A DNA stretch of 64,000 bases. Source: Squalus acanthias (lineage: Eukaryota). A program made the position numbers and the translations under genes. Where the stretch lies: positions 135,224,001 to 135,288,000 of the forward strand of contig CM059431.1 of the NCBI GenBank assembly GCA_030390025.1. Reading direction: 5' to 3'. Shown one piece after another: positions 11,036 through 22,967 of the stretch (the first letter of the stretch is position 1; each line of letters opens with the position of its first letter). The notes beneath the pieces are model-generated. The model made no database searches and was not told the origin of the DNA. It worked only from the letters and a program-made list of their open reading frames with translations.

Positions 11036-14000
11036 AGTACTGAATCCTGCGGAACCCCACTGGAAACAGCCTTCCAGTCACAAAAACACCCATCAACCAT
11101 TACCCTCTGCTTCCTGCCTCCGAGCCAGTTTTGAATCTAACATAACACTTTGCCCTGGATCCCATGGGCTTTTACTTTGTCTGCCATGTGGAACCTTATC
11201 AAAAGTCTTGCTAAAGTCCATATACACTACATCAAATGCACTACCCTCATCTACCCTCCTTGTTACTGCCTCAAAAAATTCAATCAAGTTTGTCAGACGC
11301 GACCTTCCCTTAACAAATCCGTGCTGACTATCCTTGATTAATCTGTGTCTTTCTAAATGAAGATTTATCCTGTCCTTCAGAATTCTTTCCAGTAATTTTC
11401 CCACCACCAAGGTTAGGCTGACTGGCCTGTAATTACTCCGTCTATCCTTTTCTCCCTTTTTAAACAAGGGTACCATATTAGCAGTCCTCCAGCACCACAC
11501 CTGAAGCCAGAGAGGATTGGAAAATGATGGTCAGGGCCTCTGCTATTTCCTCTTTTGCTTCGCTTAACAGCCTGGGATACATTTCATCCGGGACTGGGGA
11601 TTTATCCACTTTTAAAGCTGCTAAACCCCTTCATACTTCCTCTCTCACTATGTTTATTTCATCTAATATTTCACACTCCTCCCCCCGATAGCAATGTCTG
11701 CTTCGCCCCTCTCCTTTGTGAAAACAGGCGCAAAGTATTCATTAAGAACCCTACTGACGTCTCCCGCCTCCACACACAGATTACCCTCATGATTTCTGAT
11801 AGGCCCTACCCTTTCTTTAGTTATCCTCTTACTCTTAATATATTTATAAAACATCTTCGTGTTTTCCTAGATTTTACTTGCCAAGAATTTTTCATGCTCT
11901 CTCTTTGCTTTCCTAATATCCTTTTTAATTGCACCCCTGCACTTTCTGTACTCCTCTAAATATTCTGGAGTATTTAACCCTTGGTATCTGTCATACGCCT
12001 CCCTTTTATTCTTTATCCGGCCCTGTATGTCCCCAGACATCCAGGGGGCTCTAGATTTGTTAGTCCCACCTTTTTTCTTTAAGGGCTCATATTTGGTCTG
12101 AACCCTCCGGATCTCCGCCTTGAATGCCTCCCACTGCTCTGACACTGATTTACCTTCAAGTAGCTGTTTCCAGTCCACTATGGCTAAATTCCCTCTGAGC
12201 TTAGCAAAATTTGCTTTTCCCCAATTTAGAATTTTTATTCCTGGTCTATCCTTGTCATTTTCCATAACTACCTTAAATGTAGCAGCACTATGGTCACTAG
12301 CACCAAAATGCTCCCCCACTGATATGCCTTCAACTGCCCAGCTTCATTCCCTAAAACTAAGTCCAGAACTGCCCCTCCCTTGTTGGGCTTGCTACATACT
12401 GGCTAAAAAATTTCTCCTGGATGCATTTTAGGAATTCCGCACCTTCACACTAATTTTATCCCAGTTAATATTGGGGTAGTTGAAATCCCCTACTATTACT
12501 GCCCTATAGTTTTTGCACTTCTCAGAAATTTGTCTACATATTTGCTCTTCTATCTCCCTCTCACTGTTTGGCGTCTATAGTACAGTCCCAGCAGTGTGAT
12601 TGCCCCTTTTTTGTTTTTCAATTCGACCCATATGACCTCATTTGATGATCCCTCCAACATATCATCCCTCCTCACAGCTGTAATAGTTTCTTTAATCAAT
12701 ACCGCGACCCCCCCTCCCTTTTTACCTCCCTCTCTATCCCGTCTGAAAATCCTGTAACCAGGAATGTTGAGCTGCCATACCTGCCCCTCTTTCAGCCACG
12801 ACTCTATAATAGCTAAAATATCATAGTCCCAAGTATCTACCTGTGCCCTCAGCTCATCTGCCTTGTTCGCTATACTCCTTGCATTGAAGTATATACCATT
12901 TAGTACAGGCAAACCTCCTTGTTGACTACTATCTAGCCCTTGATTCCTCTGTCCTTCCAATTTACTTTCTACGTTTTTGTTTTCCAATTCCAGTTTTTCT
13001 TCCCTCCTTACCAGATAATAACCAGATATTATTTTTTTTTAATGTTGGTTGAGGGATAACTATTGGCCAGGACACCGGGGATAACTCCCCTGCTCTTCTT
13101 CGAAATAGTGCCATGGGATCTTTTACGTCTACCTGAGAGAGCAGACGGGGCCTCGGTTTACCGTCTCATCCAAAAGACAGCACTCCCTCAGCACTGCACT
13201 GGAATGTATCCTAGCTTTATGTGCTCAAGTCCCTGGAGTGGGACTTGAACTCACAACCTTCTGACTCAGCGGTGAGTGTGCTACCCACTGAGCCACAGCT
13301 GGCACTGTACAAAGGTGCACGTCTGCACCCAGGCTCCGCATGACTCCCTCCATATGCTTATAGAGGGAGTCACAACACGCAGGGAGATTCTCTTCCCTTC
13401 CCATGGGTGGAAGAGACCTCCCCAGGAGATCAACACAGTCTGGTTGCACATTGCACAGGAAGACAGAAGCAGGGATGTTGTCAGGAGTGCCTGGCGCCAA
13501 CCTTTCAATGATCTCAGTAGATCATGAAACGTTACTGCAAAGCCACACTCAAACTCACCCTGCTGTGCCACTCATCACATCCCCATCACTCTGCCTTCCC
13601 TACCCTACTCCTGCACATCCTTATTCACACCAACTTACCTTGCACCTCCACCCATCCCTCTCTATCTACATTATCACTTCCCCATCTCACTAGCCACCCC
13701 TCATACTCACCCTCATCCTACTGCAAGCATACCAACTAACAACACACAAGGGTAGGCACTTGAGAGGTTTAGCCAATGTTCATGTGAAGTTTCTGGTAAT
13801 GTGTTGTCATACAGTGAAATCTATATTTTCAACACTTCACCTTATTGGACAGATGTGTACGCACCTTGAGAAGTGTCTTACTGAGTTCCAATGAATGTTG
13901 AGACATAACTTCCCCCCCGCCCCCCCCCCCCGCAATAATGATGTGTGTGCGTTGAATGGCTTGGACATTATAGTGATGCTTTATGTTGCTGGAGTGAATG

Positions 14001-14315
14001 GTGTCAACCTGCCACATCATGTGGCAGCCAGGGTTTACAGCATCAAGTGAAGTAAATCTGACCATGGTGATGCCATCGCTGGCCTCCTGGGCAGCAATGT
14101 TGTCAGGGGCTGATGCCCTGTGTCCAGTGCAGCATCAGTTGATGGCGGAGAAGGTTGGTGATGTTGTTGGTGATGTTGGTGTGCCTGGTGATGTTGGTGT
14201 TGGGGCTGATTGTGGAAGGATTCAGAGGACCAAGGTCTGATTTTTTCAAGGGCACCGATGTTGCTGGAATAGATGGCAGCTGCAGGTGCAGTAGCATCTT
14301 CTTCCTTGGTGAAGA

Positions 14316-14519
14316 CAGATGCAAAGTACTCATTTAGTACCTCAGCCATGCCCTCTGCCTCCATGTGTAGGTCTCCATTTTGGTCCCTAATCGGCCCCAC
14401 CCCTCCTCTTACTACTGGTTTAGTAAGAGGAGGGGTGGGGCCGATTAGGGACCAAAATAGAGACCTACACATGGAGGAAGAGGGCATGGCTGAGGTACTA
14501 AATGAGTACTTTGCATCTG
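14316..14519. repeat. Fold-back inverted repeat of a CR1 ORF2 fragment (99-bp arms, 6-nt spacer)
   Basis: Arms 14316-14414 and 14421-14519, 2 mismatches seen. Encodes VGPIRDQNGDLHMEAEGMAEVLNEYFAS. Confidence 0.92.
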
Positions 14520-14689
14520 GCAAAGCAGGGAGGGTTGCCTTGGCCTGGGAATGTGGTGCAAGAAAGGTGGGTAGACCCTAATGGTGTGGACCACCCCGGT
14601 TGCCATGTACCGATAGGGAATCCCCATCCCAAGTACAGGCCCACGCTTCCTCCACTCCCAGTGGCTCTGATGCTGCCATCCTCCAGAAT

Positions 14690-14950
14690 GGACCAGGGTG
14701 TCGCAGAGGGAACTGTCCCTTCGGAATGCTGAAAGTGGAGGAGAAGATGTGTTTGATGGTGGCATTGCGCTGGAGGTGGCAGAAATGGCAGAGGATGATC
14801 CATTGAAGGTGGAGGCTGGTGGGGTGGAAGGTGGGGATAGGGAGGCCCTGTCATGGTTCTGGGAGGGATGGGAAAGGGTTAGGGCAGAAGTGCGGGAAAT
14901 GGGATGGACTCGGGCGAGGGTTCTGTCAACCACAGTTGAAGGAAATCATC
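14690..14950 (-). mobile_element. Penelope-like element ORF fragment (RT to GIY-YIG linker)
   Basis: Broken peptide ..PPLSAFRRDSSLCDTLVHS preceded by FHPTSLHLQWIILCHFCHLQR, typical of vertebrate Penelope-like elements. Confidence 0.7.
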
Positions 14951-15924
14951 AGCTGAAGAATAACGAAAACATTTTGGAGGCACTGGCTTCTTAGAATATG
15001 TTGCCCTCCTGGAAAGCACAACAGTGTTTGCACAATATTCAGAAATGAAAACAGCCCCTATAGTCAAGAAAATCATGGAGATATGAGTTCTGATGCAGCA
15101 TTTATTTATACTTTTAAAGTCCTGAACATGTATTATGTTCAAGAGGTGATGTCCTAAATTGAGTGTGATCCTCTTTAGGTTTATAGTATAGGCTGTCCCA
15201 GTCATCTGCCAGTTGGTATTAAGTTACTTGCATATCCAGGTTATCGTTCTTGTTATATTAGGATTTTCACCAACTCCCCCACCCTCCGTGATTTGTACTC
15301 ATAGTGGTATAATTGGAGCTACAAATCCTAGAATAGAAATAAAAATCCAAATTAGCTCTATTATATTTTTTCTCACCAATTTTCTCTCCTTCCCTCCCCT
15401 GCTTAAGGCGTTGACACCCTGCTGAGGTATGGCATCACACACACTGGTCACCCTCTGGTTCCTCGCTCAGGTGGCTATTGCTCATGTGTGACCCTTTATA
15501 ATGAGTAGCCGTTGGATATTCTACTATGAGGGTATCAAAGCCAAGCAGTGCATGCTCATAATCCAATTTAAGTCATCGTGTCAGAACATGACGTGCATTA
15601 GAACTGACATTTATTGCTAACTACTAGTGCATGTCTGCCCCACCACAGGTTGATAGTCAACATGCTGGTAGGTAATCATTATATAGTTAGGTTACATTGC
15701 CCACGCAGACAGCTTCCCCCAGAACCCGGAGCACCACAGTGCAGGGCCCCAGGAACATATACAACACGAAACATTGCATCGCTGTCGGTGCACAAGCTCT
15801 GTCGTACTTCAGTTTGAAAGATAACCAGAACAATCTGTGTGTGCAATCTGTATAATCTGATTGGCACAACATAGTTGCCATTATTCGGTGGAGGTTACTT
15901 GTTTTAGCCAAATTAACATAGAAA

Positions 15925-16018
15925 CATAGAAAAATAGAAGCAGTAGTAGGCATTCAATTTGATCATGGCTGATCCTCTATCTCAAGCCCATATTCCCGCT
16001 CTCTCCCCACACCCCTTA
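15925..16018 (-). mobile_element. Short CR1 3'-tail fragment
   Basis: ACATAGAAACATAG tail plus GATCATGGCTGAT 3'UTR motif shared with the other CR1 ends. Confidence 0.7.
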
Positions 16019-19000
16019 AGTGTAATAATACCATGCCACAGTTACAGTTTAAACACTGCAGAGATTTTTTTGTTAGTTAGATTTACATCTGAAGTTGAAA
16101 CTGAAGAGGAGGTGATGCAATTTTTACTCTGAGATCTGAAGGTTTAATACCTCTCCTTCATTCTTTGCCACTAATCTAATATTGCTGCAAATCACGAGGT
16201 ATGGCAGGGCAGCTCACACCCGTGGAATGCACATCCTGTGCCATGTGGGAAGTCCTGGATACCTCCCGTGGTCTGGATGACCACATGTGCAGGAAGTGTC
16301 GCCAGCTACAGCAGCTCGAGCACTGGGTTACGGAGCTTGAGCGGCGGCTGCAGTCACTGCTGTGCATCCGCGAGGCTGAGAGCTACGTGGGAAGCACGTT
16401 TCGGGAGGTGGTCACCCCGCAGCTTAAGAGTGTGCAGGCAGAGAGGGAATGGGTGACCGTCAGACAGAAGAGGAGGACCAGGCAGGTAGTGCAGGAGTCC
16501 CCTGAGCCCATCTTGCTCACCAACCAGTATTCGGTGCTGAGTACTGGTAAGGGCGATGGTTCCTCTGGGGAGTGCAGCCAGAGCCAGGTCCACAGCACCA
16601 TGGAAGGCTCAGCTGCACAGACGGTGGGGGGGGTGGGAGGTGGGGGTGCGGTGGTGGAAGAGGAAAGGGAGAGCAATAGTGATAGGGGATTCAATAGTTA
16701 GGGGAGCGGACAGGCATTTCTGCAGCCGCAGACATGACTCCAGGATGGTATGTTGCCTCCCTGGTTCCAGGGTCAAGGATGTCACTGAACGGCTGCAGGG
16801 CATTCTGAGGGGGGAGGGTGAACAGCCAGAGGTCGTGGTCCATATCGGTGCCAATGACATAGGCAGGAAGAGGGATGAGGTCCTGCAAGTAGAGTTTAGG
16901 GAGCGAAGAAAGAGGTTAAAAAGCAGGACCTTAAAGGTAGTCATCTCTAGATTACTCCTGGTGCCACGTGCTAGTGAGTACAGAAATAGGAAGATAGAGC
17001 AGATGAATGCGTGGCTGGAGAGATGCTGTAGGATGGAGGGCTTTAGATTCCTGAGGAATTGGAACCGTTTCTGGGGGAGGTGGGACCTCTACAAGCCAGA
17101 CGGGTTGCACCTCAACGGGAACGGGACCAATATCCTCGCGGGAGGGTTTGCTAGTGCTGTTGGGGAGGGTTTAAACTGGCTTGGCAGGGGGATGGGAGCC
17201 TAAGTATAGAGTCAATAGGGAGGGAAGATAAACTGGAATTGGAAAACAAAAACGTAGAAAGTAAATTGGAAGGACAGAGGAATCAAGGGCTAGATAGTAG
17301 TCAACAAGGAGGTTTGCCTGTACTAAATGGTATATACTTCAATGCAAGGAGTATAGCGAACAAGGCAGATGAGCTGAGGGCACAGGTAGATACTTGGGAC
17401 TATGATATTATAGCTATTACAGAGACGTGGCTGAAAGAGGGGCAGGTATGGCAGCTCAACATTCCTGGTTACAGGATTTTCAGACGGGATAGAGAGGGAG
17501 GTAAAAAGGGAGGGGGGGTCGTGGTGTTGATTAAAGAAACTATTATAGCTGTGAGGAAGGATGATATGTTGGAGGGATCATCAAACAAGGCCATATGGGT
17601 TGAATTGAAAAACAAAAAAGGGGCGATCACACTGCTGGGAGTATACTACGGACCCCCAAACAGTGAGAGGGAGATAGAAGAACAAATATGTAGACAAATT
17701 TCTGAGAAGTGCAAAAACTGTAGGGCAGTAATAGTAGGGGATTTCAACTACCCCAATATTAACTGGGATAAAATTAGTGTGAAGGGTATAGAGGGTGCGG
17801 AATTCCTAAAATGCATCCAGGAGAATTTTTTTAGCCAGTAGCAAGCCCAACAAGGGAGGGGGCGGTTCTGGACTTAGTTTTAGGGAATGAAGCTGGGCAG
17901 TGGGGGAGCATTTTGGTGCTAGTGACCATAATGCTGTTAGATTTAAGGTAGTTATGGAAAATGACAAGGATAGACCAGGAATAAAAATTCTAAATTGGGA
18001 AAAAGCAATTTTGCTCAGCTCAGAGGGGATTTAGCTATAGTGGACTGGAAACAGCTACTTGAAGGTAAATCAGTGTCAGAGCAGTGGGAGGCATTCAAGG
18101 AGGAGATCCGGAGGGTTCAGACCAAATATGTGCCCTTAAAGAAAAAAGGTGGGACTAACAAATCTAGAGCCCCCTGCATGTCTGGGGACATACAGGGTAG
18201 GATAAAGAAACAATGGGAGGCGTATGACAGATACCGAGGTCTAAATACTCCAGAATATTTAGAGGAGTACAGAAAGTGCAGGGGTGCAATTAAAAAGGAT
18301 AATAGGAAAGCAAAAATTCTTGGCAAGTAAAATCAAGAAAAACCCAAAGATGTTTTATAAATATATTAAGAGTAAGAGGATAACTAAAGAAAGGATAGGG
18401 CCTATCAGAGATCATGAGGGTAATCTGTGTGTGGAGGCGGGAGACGTCAGTAGGGTTCTTAATGAATACTTTGCACCTGTTTTCACAAAGGAGAGGGGCA
18501 AAGCAGACATTGCTATTGGGAGGAGGAGTGTGAAATATTAGATGAAATAAACATAGTGAGAGAGGAAGTATGAAGGGGTTTAGCAGCTTTAAAAGTGGAT
18601 AAATCCCCAGACCCGGATGAAATGTATCCCAGGCTGTTAAGCGAAGCAAAAGAGGAAATATCAGAGGCCCTGACCATCATTTTCCAATCCTCTCTGGCTT
18701 CAGGTGTGGTGCCGGAGGACTGGAGGACTACTAACGTGGTGCCCTTGTTTAAAAAGGGAGAAAAGGATAGACCGAGTAATTACAGGCCAGTCAGCCTAAC
18801 CTCGGTCGTGGGAAAATTATTGGAAAGAATTCTGAAGGACAGGATAAATCTTCATTTAGAAAGACACGGATTAATCAAGGATAGTCAGCACGGATTTGTT
18901 AAGGGAAGGTCGTGTCTGACAAACTTGATTGAATTTTTTTAGGCGGTAACAAAGAGGCTAGATGAGGGTAGTGCGCTTGATGTAGTTTATATGGACTTTA

Positions 19001-19395
19001 GCAAGGCTTTTGATAAGGTTCCACATGGCAGACTGGTCATGAAGTTAAAAGCCCATGGGATCCAGTGCGAAGTGTCAAGTTGGATTCAAAACTGGCTTGG
19101 AGACAGGAAGCAGAGGGTAATGGTTGATGGGTGTTTTTGTGACTGGAAGGCTGTTTCCAGTAGGGTTACGCAGGATTCAGTACTAGGTCCCTTGCTTTTT
19201 GTGGTATATATCAATGATCTTGAGTTGAATATAGGGGGTATGTTTTAGAAGTTTGCAGATGATACTAAAATCAGCTGTGTGGTTGATACTGAAGAAGGAA
19301 GCTGTAGACTGCAGGAAGATATCAATAAATTGGTCAGGTGGGAAGTGTGAGGTAATGCATTTGGGGAGGGCTAACAAGGAAAGGGAATACGCAAT

Positions 19396-20132
19396 GGCCC
19401 AGATATTTCGATCGCAGGCAGAGGACTGTGATCTGGAAAAATCTGTGCCCTTACCTGAGGGCTCCCGGGTGGTGCACAATTCCGATGCTGGGCCTCTCCA
19501 AACTGCTGGTGCGCAGGGCCCATGTATCCCAGAGGTGCAGGTAGTTCGCAGCATCCCTGGGATCACGTGGGCTATGGGGAGCCAATCGAAGAAGGGAATC
19601 TCCCTTCATACATTTGACAGGAAGACCTGTCAAATATATGAATGGAGATCACCCCCAAAACATAGTAAAACTTTAAATAAATTTAAAAAAAAATCACAGT
19701 ATTAAAATTACTTGAAATTACAAATAAATTAACAAAACTTTAAATTTAAAAAAAAAATAATTACAGTTTTTTACGGGGCTAAAAATAAACTTAACTTTTT
19801 TTAAAGTATTTTTAAATGATAAATCAGTGGAAATTTTTTTAAAAAACTTTTTTCAACTCTTATCCTGGTAAAAGCAGGCCTTATGCCTGCTTTTACCAGG
19901 CGCAAGAATTGTAAGAGTTTTCTGCGGGCGGAGGGTCTCCAAAAAGCGGAACTGTCCGCCCGCAGAGGCCCTTCTCCCGGGCAGCCGGAGGATCTGTCAA
20001 TAGCTTTCTTGACAGATCGGAAATGCCGGTTTCCAGCGCATGCGCAGTGCATACCTGAAACCGGCATTTCCGATGTCCCTACGGGTGAGTACACAGCACG
20101 TACCCACCCGTAGGAATCGGAATATCCAGCCC
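19396..20132. mobile_element. Harbinger-like MITE, family B
   Basis: TIRs GGCCCAGATATTTCGATC / AATCGGAATATCCAGCCC. Reverse-complement homologue of 9218-9970. Confidence 0.9.
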
Positions 20133-20726
20133 ATTAAATGGTAGGACACTGAGTAGTGTAGAGGAACAAAGGGACCTTGGAGTGCATGTCCACAGATCCC
20201 TGAAGGTAGCAGGCCAAGTAGATAAGGTGGTTAAGAAGGCATACGGAATGCTTGCCTTTATTAGCCTTAGCAGAGAATACAAGAGCAGGGGGGTTATGCT
20301 TCAACTGTATAAAACACTAGTTAGGCCTCAGCTAGAGTACTGCATGCAGTTCTGGTTACCACATTACAGGAAAGATGTGATTGCACTAGAGAAGGTACAG
20401 AGGAGATTTACAAGGATGTTGCCAGGAGTAGAGAATCTTAGCTATGAGGAAAGACTGGATAGGCTGGGTCTGTTTTCCTTGGAACAGAGGAGGCTGAGGG
20501 GAGACCTTATTGAGGTGTATAAAATTATGAGGGGCCTAGATAGAGTGGATAGAAAGGACCTATTTCCCTTAGCAGAGGGGTCAAAAACCAAGGGGCACAG
20601 ATTTGAAGTAATTGGGGGAAGGTTTAGAGGGGATTTGAGGTGAAATTTCTTCACCCAGAGGGTTGTGGGTGTCTGGAACTCACTGCCTGAAAGGGTGGTA
20701 GAGGCAGGAACCCTAACCACATTAAA

Positions 20727-20948
20727 AAAAATGAGAAGTCACACAACACCAGGTTATAGTCCAACAGTTTTATTTGAAATTACGAGCTTTCGGAGCTCTG
20801 CTTCTTCGTCAGGTACAGTGAGCAGTGACGAAGGAGCAGCGCTCCGAAAGCTCGTAATTTCAAATAAAACTGTTGGACTATAACCTGGTGTTGTGCGACT
20901 TCTCATTTTTGTCCACCCCAGTCCAACACCGGCATCTCCGCATCATGA
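20727..20948 (+). mobile_element. Short Penelope-derived fold-back insertion with minimal hammerhead motifs
   Basis: 85-bp arms 20727-20811 and 20826-20910, then a ~38-nt tail GTCCACCCCAGTCCAACACCGGCATCTCCGCATCATGA. TSD ACCACATT(T)AAA. Confidence 0.85.
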
Positions 20949-22589
20949 CCACATTTAAAAAGTACTTGGATGTGCACTTGGGATGCTGTAATCTGCAGGG
21001 CTACGGACCAAGAGCTGGGAAGTGGAATTAGGCTGAATAGCTCTTTGTTTTGGCTGGCACGGACACGATGGGCTGAAATGGCCTCCTTCCGTGCTGTAAC
21101 TTTCTATGATCTATGTTTCAAACTAAATTAATTAATATGCAGATATTATCATCAGAGCTCATGAGCATCAAAGTGGAATTAGTCCCAGTCCACAGTAAAA
21201 ATGATTTCTGTGAGTTCCAGTTATTCATTCCATTTCTCACTCACGGGAGTAAATTATTATCTGCACTGCATGGGGGTAATCTGGCGGAACTGATTACCCG
21301 CTCGTTAGTTTAACCATTCCATGGACAGTTTTGAAAATGGATTGTTGATCTGCTCCGCCAGATTACTGCCCAACATTGAAGATGAAAATTTACCCCACGT
21401 TCTCTTATTCCTTCCTTTTTGCTCTCCTCTCCACGTGCACTACGTGTGCTCCATTTACCTTCTCTCTTACTTTCCGTCTCACAGTCCTTCCCTTTCTCCC
21501 GCAATGTAAGTCAGCCATGTTCTTTCTGTAGTCCCCTGTAGCTGCCGCTTTATGCTGTCATGTCATTGCCTATGACTTCAGTCACTCCCCTTCCTCAATG
21601 TCCACTTTATCTTGTCCAGTCACTTAGATCTATATCATTGTTCAGCTATCACAGCTCCCACTGCTACAATATTACAATTTTGCAGAATTTAAGGCCTTAC
21701 TGAATTTAAATATGACAGAGAATTTTCTAAGAGCAAACATTATTTGGCATTATATACACCAATTTGGAATTTTTCAACCTCATTCTTTACTTAATATTAA
21801 ATAGTTTGAAACTACAGTTAACATACAGCTTCAGATGGAGACTGTAAGATAGTTAAATGATTGGAAACTGTCCTGAGAATATAAACTATGTAAATAATAA
21901 TGAGGATCCCCATTATATAACATTTCAATAATTCATGTTGGCAAGGTTTGGGTTAACTTTTGTGTTCATGAATGCAAAGGACGTGAGTACTGAAAACAGA
22001 ACAGTTTTCTTTTTTTGCATCTACTGTCAGCCTGAAGAATTCCCAGTTGGGTATAGTACAGTCAGGTTCAGAGTAACACTCCTTCTGCTCTACCCAGCAA
22101 TGTCTTAACCCCAGCCTCAGAAGAGCACCATGTACTGCATCATTTTGACAATTCCATTTCCCACACCAGCCGTCACTGTGGTCTCTCTGAATGAGATTGC
22201 CAATTAAATTGAGCTTATTCAGTGAAATTTCAAACTTGTTCAGCCACAGTTTAATTTTATACATATGGAATCAATTCTATTAGTGAACAGCTGATTGGAG
22301 TAAAGTGTAATGGTACTGAGAGAACGGTATTCATGAAGCTTCTCCTTATTTTTGCAATTTCCACCGTTTTTAATTGGCAATCTCTGCTCAGTTTTATTTA
22401 TCGATGTGAACTTCCTTTCACAATTAGATTTTGAACTTGTTTTCAATATAGGTGATTTATAATAGTGTGATAATAACAACTTTAACAAAAATGTATTATT
22501 TAGCAGAAGAAATTGAAAGATATATTTACAAGATAAACAGTAGTGATATCCGTATCATTTAGCTATGAATAAAAATATATTTAGAATCA

Positions 22590-22965
22590 TAGTGATATGT
22601 GAGAAAGTATCACATACCAGGCTTGTTAGCAAAATTGAAGCTCATGGGATAAAAGGGCCAATAGCAGCATGGATCCCAAATTGGCTAAGGGATAGAAAAC
22701 AGACAGTTGTGGTAATTGGCTGTTTTTCGGGCAGGAGGGAGCAGGAGGGAGTTCCCCAGGGTTCAGTACTCAGACCACTGCTGTTTTTGATATATATTAA
22801 TGACTTGGACTTGGGGGTACAGGGCACAATTTTGAAATTAGCAGATGACACAAAACTTGGAAGTATAGTAAACAGTGAGGAAGATAGTGATAGACTTCAA
22901 GAGGACATAGACAGGCTGGTGTAATGGGCATGAAATGAAATGGCAGGTGAAATTCAACACAGAAA
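22590..22965 (+). mobile_element. CR1 RT fragment
   Basis: [24 protein letters not shown]. Confidence 0.85.
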
Positions 22966-22967
22966 GG

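Larger units (their letters stand above)
7685..13008 (-). mobile_element. 5'-truncated degenerate CR1 LINE (ORF2 EN-RT) with three nested insertions
   Basis: GIYFNARS, YRPVSLT, QHGF, KFADDTK and VRPQLEYC peptides. (TTCTATGA)n tail at 7685-7705. Confidence 0.92.
7521..13301 (-). mobile_element. tRNA-derived Deu-domain SINE (SacSINE1/AmnSINE-like), split into 13010-13301 (5') and 7521-7684 (3')
   Basis: Minus strand has A box TGGCTCAGTGG (13285-13295) and B box GTTCAAGTCC (13241-13250). Deu-like core CTGCTCTTCTTCGAAATAGTGCCATGGGATCTTT. L2-like tail ..GAAAGGCGCTACAGAAATGTAAGTCTTTCTTTT. Short GCA duplication at the ends. Confidence 0.8.
7236..14291 (+). mobile_element. Non-autonomous Harbinger-derived element in two pieces (7236-7520 and 13302-14291), split by a SINE and nested LINEs
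   Basis: Left terminus GGGCTGAATTTT. 7481-7520 joined to 13302 onward is colinear with the uninterrupted relative at 35610-36630. Confidence 0.75.
16195..21117 (+). mobile_element. Near full-length degenerate CR1 LINE (ORF1 zinc-finger/leucine zipper and SGNH esterase; ORF2 EN-RT)
   Basis: CTSC..HMCRKC, IVIGDSIVRG, DGLHLN, ITETWL, GDFN and RT motifs. Several stops and frameshifts. TTCTATGATCTATG tail. Confidence 0.93.

Noticed and set aside
10311..11096. 261-aa ORF as a gene
   Set aside because: Chimeric read-through from an old CR1 into a young truncated CR1.
15614..15953. Short ORFs on both strands as a host exon
   Set aside because: No recognisable protein similarity and no consistent splice-site pair.
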